The notes beneath the pieces were generated by a model. It saw only the letters and a list, made by a program, of their open reading frames with translations, had not been told where the DNA came from and made no database searches. A DNA stretch of 64,000 bases, from contig CAZLNZ010000004.1 of NCBI GenBank assembly GCA_964561145.1, positions 27,047-91,046 on the forward strand. The letters are read 5' to 3'. The translations under genes and the position numbers were made by a program. Positions 40,801 through 49,529 of this stretch are shown in pieces. Position 1 is the stretch's first letter. Each line of letters begins with the position of its first letter. This stretch comes from an uncultured Christensenellaceae bacterium. GTDB lineage: Bacteria > Bacillota > Clostridia > Christensenellales > CAG-1252.

Positions 40801-42154
40801 TGTTCATGACAATAGTAACGGAATAGTTCCCGCTTTACGTATTAGGCTAAGTGACTGCATTGATAATGGACACACGTTAGATTCCAATTGTGTTTGTACG
40901 AAGTGTGGTGATACTGTTCATACTCTCACTTATCACTCGGCACAAGCGGTTAGTTGTACCGAAATAGGCTGGAATGAATACGAGACATGCTCTCGTTGTA
41001 ACTATTCAACATACCAAGAAATCCCTGCATTGGATCATGATTGTATCACACATGAAGCCCTAGCTGTTACATGCACCGAAATAGGTTGGAATGAATATCA
41101 AACATGCACCAGGTGCGATTACTCAACCTATCTAGAGATTCCGGCATTAGGTGGCGAGCATTTGTATGAACAAGGTACTTGTAGTAAATGCGGTGTGAAA
41201 GTATATACTCGAGATGGTGATTATATCTATTTTGGCACATATCCTCAAAGCGAAGTGATCGACACTGAGTTTGTCTCAATTCTTACCTCACAATCGGGAA
41301 GTTTACCTACAGCTGGTAATTCCGCTAATTGGACAAGCTATAAGTATTACATTTCCTCTAGTGTTAAGGATTTTATGTGGTATATCGATTTAAAATATGA
41401 AGGAGAGTATTATAGGGGTGTGTACTTCACATCTTATCGTCCGACTCAGACCAGTAAATCGAGTTCTACGGGTAATAGTTTTCAAGATGATAACGGATAT
41501 AAGATATCCACTATCTATTGGTTTAAGCATGAGCCGATTCAATGGCGTATATTAAGTGAGAGCAATGGCGAGGCATTAATCCTTTGTGAAATGGTGATTG
41601 ACAGTCAAGAGTATTATATTAGTACTAGCAATCGAACAATAAATGGCTCAACTGTTTATTCTAATAACTATGCTCATAGTAGTATTCGTGCCTTCTTGAA
41701 TGATACTTTCTATAACACAGCATTTAGTTCATTGCAAAAAGAGTTAATACTATTAACGGAAGTTGATAATAGCGTGAGAAGTACGAATCCTGACAGTAAT
41801 GCAACACAATGGAATAGTGGCACAAATAAAAATGCTTGTTCAAATACCAATGATTATGTATTTCTGTTAAGCGAGCAAGAGGTAACAACGCCAGCATATG
41901 GTTTCAGTGCAGATCACAGCAATGCAGATAGTGTAAGGCAGAAAATACCCACCAATTATGCTAAAATACAAGGTGTATCAGTAAGTACTGCAAGTGGAAC
42001 ACAAGGTAATGTATATTGGTGGTTGCGTTCTCCATACTATGCAAATAACACTGATATTCTTGGGATTAGTATTGATGGTAATACTTATGGTGATTATTAT
42101 GTTAACTACATCAACCTTGGTACTGTTCCCGCTTTGAGAATTAAACTTGAATAG
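34865..42154 (+). CDS. Giant (~2430 aa) surface lipoprotein with about two dozen ~40-aa Cys/His repeats and four DUF6273-like modules
   Basis: Signal peptide plus lipobox (LIFVGC). Repeat GH-x4-H-x5-TC-x3-G-x5-C-x-RC-x-Y. Four modules read YIYFGTYPQSEV...YWFKYEPIKWRIL...WWLRSP...GVVPALRI. RBS AAGGAG with GTG at 34865 or TTG at 34862. Confidence 0.85.
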   Translation: MNVKKALGFVGLIIILLAILSVSLIFVGCNSDVLVTVHTDQFGDIAWNASKESFDSFIITLGKVENFRPIYYFDSDYSVRADVNVLTADKLKKADCKDVYIKWVICEHTSAQNMSNGVDATCSTEGKAPDYLCPTCGHVEIGESIPCIPHTYIEYKYRAASCTEDGQMAHKECTICHYLTDGQKQLNVDDIIIEKLPHIESDWIVDYDSTCTKIGNKHKECTICNFIIKNEVILAKDHDLILHSAKGATCTEIGWNEYDNCSRCSYTTYVEISAKGHNTLRHEGKHATCDSDGYESYDYCVNPGCVYSTKVVIPALGHDTINHEAQEATCLSIGWNKYETCSRCSYTTYQEIAAFGHEMIHHDAKKETCTEIGWEEYDGCTRCDYKIGYNEIQPHHTIVEVSARFPTCIDPGYNVYEKCTECDYSTLVIIAALGHDDGVWVTDIQPTCTDVGSEDRKCTRCQHILETREVNALGHDVIYHKAQDATCLEIGWYEYDTCSRCNYTTYVVIPALEHDLVYVDKKEPKCYEPGHNAFEYCNRCSYTTYEELTIDHSIIHHEGKSATCLDKGWYDYDTCSRVDCKYSTYVEIPAIGHDNGKWIVDYDPTCTEKGSKHKICTRCESPLEHAFIDSLGHEIVHHAAQNATCIDIGWYAYDTCSRCDYSTYEEIGALGHDDGVWATEIQPTCIENGREARKCVRCQYVLETREVNALGHDTIHHTAQDATCLEVGWYAYDTCSRCDYSTYEEISAMGHNDGVWVTKIQPTCTRNGSEVRKCTRCQYIIETRKIDALGHDTIHHAAQDATCLEVGWYEYDTCSRCNYSTYEEIDALGHSYVDCICTRCSLENHINSGELCRHDKYIYFGTYPQSEVKDSSLIAVLTSQAGVLPTENNSANWTSYGYYIEGKISNYMWYIDISYSSETYRGVYFTSYRPEKTNYSSSSDYSYQDDNGYLVSTVYWFRYEPIKWRVLSESNGEALVLSEMIIDSRDYYDNDKDRTIDGATVYANNYAYSNIRAFLNNTFYNVAFSSLQKELILLTDIDNSARSSYEIEPGFENDSECVNSYACNNTSDHVFFLSTFEVSNPDYGFGGEEDIDLIRAATDYAQCQGAHITENDEEYFSGWWWLRSPANYKYDGARGVNYCGSRSYCYYLYSADVGVVPALRIHLTDCIENGHEPNEKCICTKCGDTVHDLIRHEAKGATCLDVGWYEYDTCSRCNYSTYQEIAALGHDYVDCICARCSLETHINDGKFCRHDDYIYFGLYPQSEVTDENLTSVLTAQAGALPTENNPANWTSYGYYIENEITDFMWYIDLTYGCETYRGVYFTSYRPSYHSVSSIETNSYQDENGYSLSTVYWFKYEPVKWRILNENNGVALILCELIIDSQAFYDNLSGRTIDGSTVYANNYAYSSIRTFLNDTFYNTSFTALQKELILLTEVDNTARGTNLDTNSSYWNSGKNTYACGNTNDYLFLLSSREMTTKANGFIATTGVSTTRQKKMTDYALSQGLAVSTESSYIGCANWLIRSPDFDSGAKIRFVQYSGHDYYNDLAATDYTACGIVPALRIKLSDSFGIEHTTNSNCVCAACGTVLHCLIYHSAKAATCTEIGWNEYMTCTRCSYTTYKEIPALDHDYIIHAAVSPTCTEIGWKEFATCSRCNYSTYQELSPLGGKHLYELGICSKCGVNAYTRDGDYIYFGTYPQSEVTDTTLTTFLTSSAGSLPTASNSANWTSYKYYISTNVKDYMWYIDLNHNGDQYRGVYFTSYRPYWTMGTSSLANSYQDDNGYSISTVYWFKYEPIKWRILSESDGIALMLCEMIIDSQEYYHTTSNRTIDGSTIYANNYAYSNIRTFLNENFYNTAFSSLQKELILFTKIDNSERSTNPDNNPSEWNGGTNKYACSNTNDHIFLLSEQEVTTEAYGFSADYSAADIQRQKKTTAYARCQGALTNASSGYEQNGWWWLRFPYYDSNYNARRTNYYGYAGIGSNVHDNSNGIVPALRIRLSDCIDNGHTLDSNCVCTKCGDTVHTLTYHSAQAVSCTEIGWNEYETCSRCNYSTYQEIPALDHDCITHEALAVTCTEIGWNEYQTCTRCDYSTYLEIPALGGEHLYEQGTCSKCGVKVYTRDGDYIYFGTYPQSEVIDTEFVSILTSQSGSLPTAGNSANWTSYKYYISSSVKDFMWYIDLKYEGEYYRGVYFTSYRPTQTSKSSSTGNSFQDDNGYKISTIYWFKHEPIQWRILSESNGEALILCEMVIDSQEYYISTSNRTINGSTVYSNNYAHSSIRAFLNDTFYNTAFSSLQKELILLTEVDNSVRSTNPDSNATQWNSGTNKNACSNTNDYVFLLSEQEVTTPAYGFSADHSNADSVRQKIPTNYAKIQGVSVSTASGTQGNVYWWLRSPYYANNTDILGISIDGNTYGDYYVNYINLGTVPALRIKLE
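37240..42151 (+). repeat. Four tandem ~1.2-1.3 kb intragenic DNA modules inside the giant gene
   Basis: The YIYFG(T/L)YPQSEV-coding sequence recurs at ~37430, 38617, 39916 and 41216. The PALRI-coding sequence recurs at ~38340, 39535, 40835 and 42135. Confidence 0.85.
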
Positions 42155-42327
42155 TATTTAGCAATCCATAGACGATGAAATAGATAAAAGGAAAAGAGGT
42201 TTAGTTTGCGTTGTAGTCAATGGGTTGAATAATGACTGAATATGTAGTAATAGATCGTAACTCAGTTACTTATAGTAAAAGCTCATAGAACTACAAGCCA
42301 TTGAAGTCTTTCAGTTATTCTTTAATT

Positions 42328-42366
42328 AAAAAAATAACTTGGATATTGCACCAAGTTATTTTTTAT
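42328..42366. terminator. Bidirectional intrinsic terminator
   Basis: AAAATAACTTGG-atattgca-CCAAGTTATTTTTT between convergent genes. Confidence 0.85.
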
Positions 42367-42378
42367 AAGATATTTCTT

Positions 42379-43884
42379 TTATTCCTTTATGGGTGTGAAG
42401 ATGGGAAGTAGCAAGAAGGCCATTCCGAGAAGTGCGTATTTCAAATCATAGGTAACCTTCAATATTACGGGAGGTGTTATTTTCTCTAGGATTTCCGATG
42501 CTTCGGCAAGTGCTGCAAGTATTGCTACAATGATTCCAATAACAGCAGCTTTTTTTGAATTTCTGTCGGATTTATTCATAAGAATAAGAGTGAATGTACC
42601 TGCAAGAAATACCAATCCTATCGGGATAAATACGAGGAGGTTGGCATACTTATATAGTTCGTTAAAAAATGCTACTTTTTGTTCATATTGTAAACTATTG
42701 CCGTAATAAACATAAGCGGCATAAGCTACTCCGAAAAGTGAAGCAAGTAGGTATCCAATTCCTGCAACTTTTTGTCCGCCTTGTAGGTTTATCAAAAGAG
42801 CAATTGAGATAATAATCCCTAGCCCCCACACTACAATTGAGGTGCTATAATATATATCGAAAACAATAAGATCTACGTTTATTGGCATTGACGGTAATCG
42901 GATATATGTCCATCTAAATATCCCGAATAACAATGCAATCACGCCCGCTATAATACCTATTAGCCTTGCGATCTTACCCTTGCGAGAGTTGCCTTTATCT
43001 TTTTTCTTTTTCTTTTCGGCACTTAATTCTTCAAGTGTGGTGACTTTTATACCGTCTTTCTTAGGCTCTATTTCCCTTGGTTCGTCATTCGATTTAGTAT
43101 CATCATCGGCGAGTTTGATAACAACGCTTGGGGAGGGACTTTCGAACTTTTTCTTTTTACCATCACCTAAATGTTCATATGAATCTTTACTTGGGGATTC
43201 TACAGAAGAAGGGTTGGTCTCTTCCGTTTTTTTCTCTTTAGAATCATCTTCAATAACATCACCGATAGAAAACGCTTCCTCGTTATTCTTTTGAGAATCC
43301 TCATCTTCTAATAGATCGTCGATGTCAATCGGGGATTCCTCTTTATGAGCGACTATTTCAGTGTCTAGCACGTCGTCGATATTTGGAATGTTATCTTCCG
43401 ACTTTTTATGAGGGATATCTCTTGTTTCCTCTTCGGGAGTGTCTCGTTTATCACACTTCGTTTCATCTGTATTAGGCGTGGTCGAGGCGGTTTCCTCAAG
43501 ACTTGAATTTATCTTCGGAATATCATCCTTTGCAATAGAGACAAGTTTTTCCGGTTCTGACGCGTGTCTTTCTTCAGTAACATTTACGGTGTGATCGATG
43601 TTCTCATTATCACTTAGGGCAAGAGAACCATCTAAAGCATCGGCTTCTTTTTTTTCTTCAACTTTGCCTGACCGAGTATCTTCCTTTCTTATTGATGAAA
43701 ACCTATATTTTTTTCCGCAAGAAGGACAGAACCAAGTATCGTCTTCGCACTTTTTTAGTGGAGTGGAACAGCTCTTACATTTCTTTATTGAAGAAATTTT
43801 GAATTTTTTATTACAGTGAGGGCAATAATAAAAATCCTCAAGATCAGACTTGATTAACTCAGTGTTACAAATTCTACAATTCAT
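42379..43884 (-). CDS. Membrane protein with two N-terminal zinc ribbons, a long acidic disordered linker and a polytopic C-terminal domain
   Basis: CRICN..CPHCN and CKSC..CPSCG. About 230 aa of D/E/K/S-rich low complexity. About 6 hydrophobic segments. I prefer the ATG at 43884 (RBS GAGGA). Confidence 0.7.
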   Translation of the reverse strand: MNCRICNTELIKSDLEDFYYCPHCNKKFKISSIKKCKSCSTPLKKCEDDTWFCPSCGKKYRFSSIRKEDTRSGKVEEKKEADALDGSLALSDNENIDHTVNVTEERHASEPEKLVSIAKDDIPKINSSLEETASTTPNTDETKCDKRDTPEEETRDIPHKKSEDNIPNIDDVLDTEIVAHKEESPIDIDDLLEDEDSQKNNEEAFSIGDVIEDDSKEKKTEETNPSSVESPSKDSYEHLGDGKKKKFESPSPSVVIKLADDDTKSNDEPREIEPKKDGIKVTTLEELSAEKKKKKDKGNSRKGKIARLIGIIAGVIALLFGIFRWTYIRLPSMPINVDLIVFDIYYSTSIVVWGLGIIISIALLINLQGGQKVAGIGYLLASLFGVAYAAYVYYGNSLQYEQKVAFFNELYKYANLLVFIPIGLVFLAGTFTLILMNKSDRNSKKAAVIGIIVAILAALAEASEILEKITPPVILKVTYDLKYALLGMAFLLLPIFTPIKE

Positions 43885-44376
43885 ATTATCCTCGATGCTC
43901 CCTTTAGCTTGAGAATTAAGCAATATCGGTGCAATGTACACGGATACCCTGAACACTCATAGTTATGATATAGTATTATAACATATAGAGACTAACATTT
44001 ATTAATAAGAATAGAATAATTTTTATCCCCAACCTTCATTTATTGATTCATGCGAGGGTTTAATTGTTTTGAGTCAATGAACTGGCATTTAATAACAAAA
44101 TAACATACGAAGAATCCTTAGAACAAACCGGTATATGTAAACCTAAAATTGAATCACAAACAGTAATGTCTAATCATTGTAGGAAGGGCGGCTCGACTTC
44201 CGCCGCACTCTTATATATTCTACGCCAAGTACCTTAGCTATAACCTTTCGGGCTTGTTTCTACGCCTCAATCCTGCTCCTTTTACACAAGTAATGCAATG
44301 ACTTAAGAAAACATATATAGGACAAAGAAAAATGGTGCTAAAAGATTGTAAAATTATAACAAAATAATATCCGGAT

Positions 44377-44447
44377 TTCGTACTGAACGAAGGCAACGAC
44401 GTAGTCATAATCCGAAGGAGCGATACTACGGTATCGGTATTTCATCC
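44377..44447 (+). repeat. Three-hairpin structured element, copy 5 (most diverged)
   Basis: TTCGTACTGAACG box, GTAGTC, hairpins TCC/GGA and CGATAC/GTATCG, 3' box GGTATTTCATCC. The first hairpin is not evident. Confidence 0.45.
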
Positions 44448-44610
44448 CTTTTATTATACATCGTAGGCTGTGATGTAGGCTTACCCCCGCATTAATATGA
44501 AAGACAAGCTGGTGTCTAAAACGTATAGAGGAAATGTGTTTCCTATGCTTTAGTTTCGTATTGACAAGATGTTATAATAAAAAAGTATTTTATCTTGCGA
44601 GGTACTTACG

Positions 44611-46095
44611 ATGAAACAAGGTTTCGATAATGATATATATCTCAATAACCAGTATAATCACATTGTAGAAAGAGTTTCTATGTTTGACAAGCTTTACCTT
44701 GAATTTGGAGGCAAGCTTTTTGATGATTATCATGCAGCGAGGGTTTTGCCCGGGTTTAATCCTAATGTCAAAATGCTTCTTTTAGAGCGCTTCAAGGAGA
44801 TGGCTGAGATTATCATTTGCGTTAAGGCATCGGATATTGAGAAGAAAAAGATTAGAGCGGATATCGGAATAACTTATGATGAAGAGGTAATTAGACTTGA
44901 AGAGATTTTTAGAAAGAGAGGACTTCCTGTTAATAATATAGTAATTACGCAATACAAGGGTGAACCCGGTGCATTGGCTTTTAAGGAGCGCTTGGAGGGG
45001 ATTGGAAAAAAAGTTACAATTCATAGTCCGATTAACGGTTATCCCTATAATGCGGACTTAATTGTATCCGACAAGGGATATGGAATGAATGAGTATATGC
45101 CAACGGAAAAGCCATTGGTTATTGTAACTGCTCCCGGTCCGGGCAGTGGTAAAATGGCAACTTGCTTGAATCAGCTCTACCACGAGTATAAAAGAGGGCA
45201 TGTAGCAGGTTATGCTAAATTTGAAACCTTCCCTGTTTGGAATCTCCCCATAGATCATCCCGTAAACATTGCATATGAGGCGGCTACATTGGATTTGGAC
45301 GATCAAAATATGATAGATCCTTACCACCTCAAGGCGTATGGAATTTCCACCGTAAACTATAATAGGGATATTGATATCTTCCATATTGTTCAAGCTATCC
45401 TTGAAAAGATAACAGGGAAAAATGATATTTACCGTTCTCCTACCGATATGGGCGTTAATATGGTAGCTTCTGCAATATACGATGACGATGCGGTAAGATA
45501 TGCTGCAAAGATGGAAATAATCCGTCGATATTATACTGCACTTTATGAAGAAAAACAACGCAAGGTCAGTGAGGCTGTTGTGCAAAAGGCAGAAGCGCTT
45601 ATGCATAAGGTAGGAGTTAATGTTAATGATAGAGACGTTGTGGTGGCAAGCCATGAAAAACAACGCAAAAAGGGATGTCCTGCGGTAGCAATGAGGCTTC
45701 CCGACGGTACAATAATAACCGGGCGTGATAATCGAGCAATGAACGCTTCCGCTTCATGCGTGTTTAATGCGATAAAATATTTGGCAGGAATAGATGATAA
45801 AATCAAGCTTTTGGCTTTGGAAATGATTGAACCAATCCTAAAGCTTAAAAGGGAGGTTTTCAAATACAAGAGAAGGTTCTTGACTTTGGAGGAGGCTTTG
45901 ATTGTTTTGGCTTATAGTTCATCTTCGGGTGATGAAATATTGAATAGAGCGATGGCATGCTTGAAAAAACTTTCGGGAAGTGATGCTCACTCAACCGTTA
46001 TGCTTGCAGAGCATGAGAGAAGAAGTTTTAGGCAGCTTGGTATAAGTATAACTTGTGGTATAGTAACCCCGGATTTTAATAAAGTTTCCCAATAA
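44611..46095 (+). CDS. UPF0371/DUF1846 family protein
   Basis: N-terminal signature LYLEFGGKLFDDYHAARVLPGF and a length of ~494 aa. Confidence 0.75.
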   Translation: MKQGFDNDIYLNNQYNHIVERVSMFDKLYLEFGGKLFDDYHAARVLPGFNPNVKMLLLERFKEMAEIIICVKASDIEKKKIRADIGITYDEEVIRLEEIFRKRGLPVNNIVITQYKGEPGALAFKERLEGIGKKVTIHSPINGYPYNADLIVSDKGYGMNEYMPTEKPLVIVTAPGPGSGKMATCLNQLYHEYKRGHVAGYAKFETFPVWNLPIDHPVNIAYEAATLDLDDQNMIDPYHLKAYGISTVNYNRDIDIFHIVQAILEKITGKNDIYRSPTDMGVNMVASAIYDDDAVRYAAKMEIIRRYYTALYEEKQRKVSEAVVQKAEALMHKVGVNVNDRDVVVASHEKQRKKGCPAVAMRLPDGTIITGRDNRAMNASASCVFNAIKYLAGIDDKIKLLALEMIEPILKLKREVFKYKRRFLTLEEALIVLAYSSSSGDEILNRAMACLKKLSGSDAHSTVMLAEHERRSFRQLGISITCGIVTPDFNKVSQ

Positions 46096-46116
46096 GTATA
46101 CGGACAAGAGGTATAA

Positions 46117-47454
<1,338 letters not shown>

Positions 47455-47494
47455 ATATATAATAAGGAAAAAAGAGTTGAAATACGTAATACAT

Positions 47495-47540
47495 TGCGTG
47501 TGCCTAAACGCCTCTTATAGGGTGGGCACACGCTTTCTTT
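47495..47540 (+). terminator. Terminator hairpin after gdhA
   Basis: GCGTGTGCC-20 nt-GGCACACGCTTTCTTTT. Confidence 0.65.
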
Positions 47541-47782
47541 TAATCTATTCGATCATATCGCCCATTGTAGAATGAATATGTTCCGGAATAAGATGAGTAT
47601 TTTGGAGCATACCTTAGTATAAATCCTTCACTTTGCGGTGATAATCTTACCGATATCCCACAGCTCAAGCTTAAGCTTCGCGGGGTATTTATTATATCGG
47701 CTCTCAGCCTTCTTGCACGTGCTTGTTCAAGAAAGGCTATAGCCTCATGTCTTGTAGAAAAAATAACTAACAGATAATTCAT
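47540..47782 (-). CDS. DUF3343-like putative S/Se carrier protein
   Basis: 80 aa. The pattern VIFSTRHEAIAFLE....R.RADIINTPRSLSLSCGISVRL matches the family. Divergent from a class V aminotransferase gene. Confidence 0.65.
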   Translation of the reverse strand: MNYLLVIFSTRHEAIAFLEQARARRLRADIINTPRSLSLSCGISVRLSPQSEGFILRYAPKYSSYSGTYSFYNGRYDRID

Positions 47783-47846
47783 TTTATTCTCCTTGGCTTA
47801 AAATATTGTTCCCAATTCCTCGCTATGTGTAAATATAATATAGTAT

Positions 47847-48992
47847 ATGAAAGAGGGAAGAAGAATGGTTTATTTAGATAATGCAGCAACATCGAGGTTT
47901 GTTCCAAGGTCTGTTTTAAATGCACTTCAAGATCAGCTTTTAACAAAGGTAAATCCCGGTCGTGGGGGTTATGAGGAGTCTATTAATGCTGCATTAGAGG
48001 TTTTTAGAACAAGACAAGCAATACTGAAGTATTATGGGAACTCCGATGGAAAGGTTGTATTTACTAAAAACTGCACTGAGGCACTAAACTTGGCAATATT
48101 CGGAACGGCAAAGAAGGGGCATGTAATATCTACCGTTACGGAGCATAATTCTGTCTTGCGTCCTCTAAAGGAGCTTGAGAAACGGGGGCTAATTCGTTTG
48201 ACACTTGTTGACCCGCAAGGAGCAATGGGAATCACTGCCGAAGATATAAAAAAGCACTTGAAAGCTGATACGTATTTGATTTGTGTGAATCATTGTAGCA
48301 ATGTGAACGGAATGAAAAATGACGTGGAGGGTATTTGTCGTTTGGCATCGAGGTATGGCATTAGAAGTTTGGTGGACGATGCACAAGGGGCGGGGCATCT
48401 ACGTCTTGATATGAAATCATCGGGAATAGATATGGTCGCTTCTGCAGGTCATAAGGGTTTACATGGAATTCAAGGCACGGGATTTTTAACTTATAAGGGT
48501 GTTGAACTTAAGCCACTATTATATGGGGGAACGGGAACTGATAGTATGAACGTTTATCAACCTGAAAGAGATCCCGAAGGACTGGAGTCGGGAACACTTA
48601 ATACCGCAGGCATTTGTGCTCTAAAGGCTGGAGTTGAATGGACTGAAAAGAGACTTTCCTCCCTAGCACGGGAAAATCGAAAAATGACAAGCTTTTTATT
48701 GGAGGAATTAAGTTTAATCAAAGATATAAGAACATATTCTTCAGCTAATTCATCGGGTGTGGTTGCCTTTATAATTCAAGGACACACAAGTGAAGAAATA
48801 GCCGATTACCTAAACCAATGCGGTTACGAGGTTCGAGCGGGATTGCATTGTGCACCTTTGATGCATAAGTATTTAAAAACTCTTGAAACCGGTTTGGTAA
48901 GAATCAGTGTTGGCAAAAATAACTCGGAACGAGATTTAGAGGGCGTTATTCGTTACATAGCTCGTTTTGCAAAATCTTTTCGTAATAAATAG
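47847..48992 (+). CDS. Class V aminotransferase/cysteine-desulfurase-family PLP enzyme
   Basis: YLDNAATS start motif and PLP lysine context SAGHKGL. An alternative start at 47865 has the better RBS. Confidence 0.85.
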   Translation: MKEGRRMVYLDNAATSRFVPRSVLNALQDQLLTKVNPGRGGYEESINAALEVFRTRQAILKYYGNSDGKVVFTKNCTEALNLAIFGTAKKGHVISTVTEHNSVLRPLKELEKRGLIRLTLVDPQGAMGITAEDIKKHLKADTYLICVNHCSNVNGMKNDVEGICRLASRYGIRSLVDDAQGAGHLRLDMKSSGIDMVASAGHKGLHGIQGTGFLTYKGVELKPLLYGGTGTDSMNVYQPERDPEGLESGTLNTAGICALKAGVEWTEKRLSSLARENRKMTSFLLEELSLIKDIRTYSSANSSGVVAFIIQGHTSEEIADYLNQCGYEVRAGLHCAPLMHKYLKTLETGLVRISVGKNNSERDLEGVIRYIARFAKSFRNK

Positions 48993-49468
48993 TATATCTG
49001 AGCTAGATGCATTATTAATGATGGTTCGGGTTGTTTTGCTCCGATGAATTGAATGAAAGATGCCGGAAGATTATATGAAAAGCATATTGCCTCGATATAT
49101 AAATGGTGTACTGCTCGAAAGTAAAACAATGATGTAAAGTTTAAAAATAATAAACTTTAATAATATGAAGTACAAACATCATTACATGGAATGCTTAATA
49201 AAACAGTCTTTGTGTAAAGTTGACTTGGAATGTGGCGAAAGGACGAAGAGCTTGTAGGCATATTTGATGTCGTAGCATAAACCTACATTTCAGCACTAAA
49301 AAGGTTTTGTTATACTTTTACCTTTCTAGCGACTCAAAATATCCTGATATGAAATTAATTTGTTATTTTGCGTTATTTGAATTAGGATTGCCAAACAATA
49401 ACTTACGCCAAGTGACTCGGCTATACTACCTCACAAATTTTCTTAATAATCGAAATGCCTTGTATTTG

Positions 49469-49498
49469 TTGACGGAATTCCTATCTTAAGGCTATAAT
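49469..49498 (+). promoter_or_regulatory. Sigma-70-type promoter immediately upstream of the ThrRS N-terminal ORF
   Basis: TTGACG, 18 nt, TATAAT, about 30 nt before the RBS GAGGTGAAGG. Confidence 0.6.
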
Positions 49499-49529
49499 TA
49501 TTAGGCTAATAAAGTGTAGAGGTGAAGGT

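Noticed and set aside
42228-42256. Similarity between gaataatgactgaatatgtagtaatag (42228) and gaataatgacagagtatgttattgatag (62625) as another repeat family
   Set aside because: Only about 20 of 29 positions match in AT-rich sequence, with two occurrences. That cannot be told apart from chance without a genome-wide count.
45058-45869. Minus-strand ORFs of 201 aa and 108 aa inside the DUF1846 gene
   Set aside because: They are antisense shadows of a well-supported conserved gene. Their products are low complexity or Cys/Ile-rich with no motifs. The same reasoning applies to the many other antisense or alternate-frame ORFs in the track, such as 208-468, 7415-7822, 23738-24091, 33014-33412, 38196-38537, 40599-40826 and 52553-52942.
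49307-49489. 60-aa ORF in the thrS-upstream spacer
   Set aside because: It is an AT-rich chance ORF with no RBS, and it overlaps the predicted promoter.
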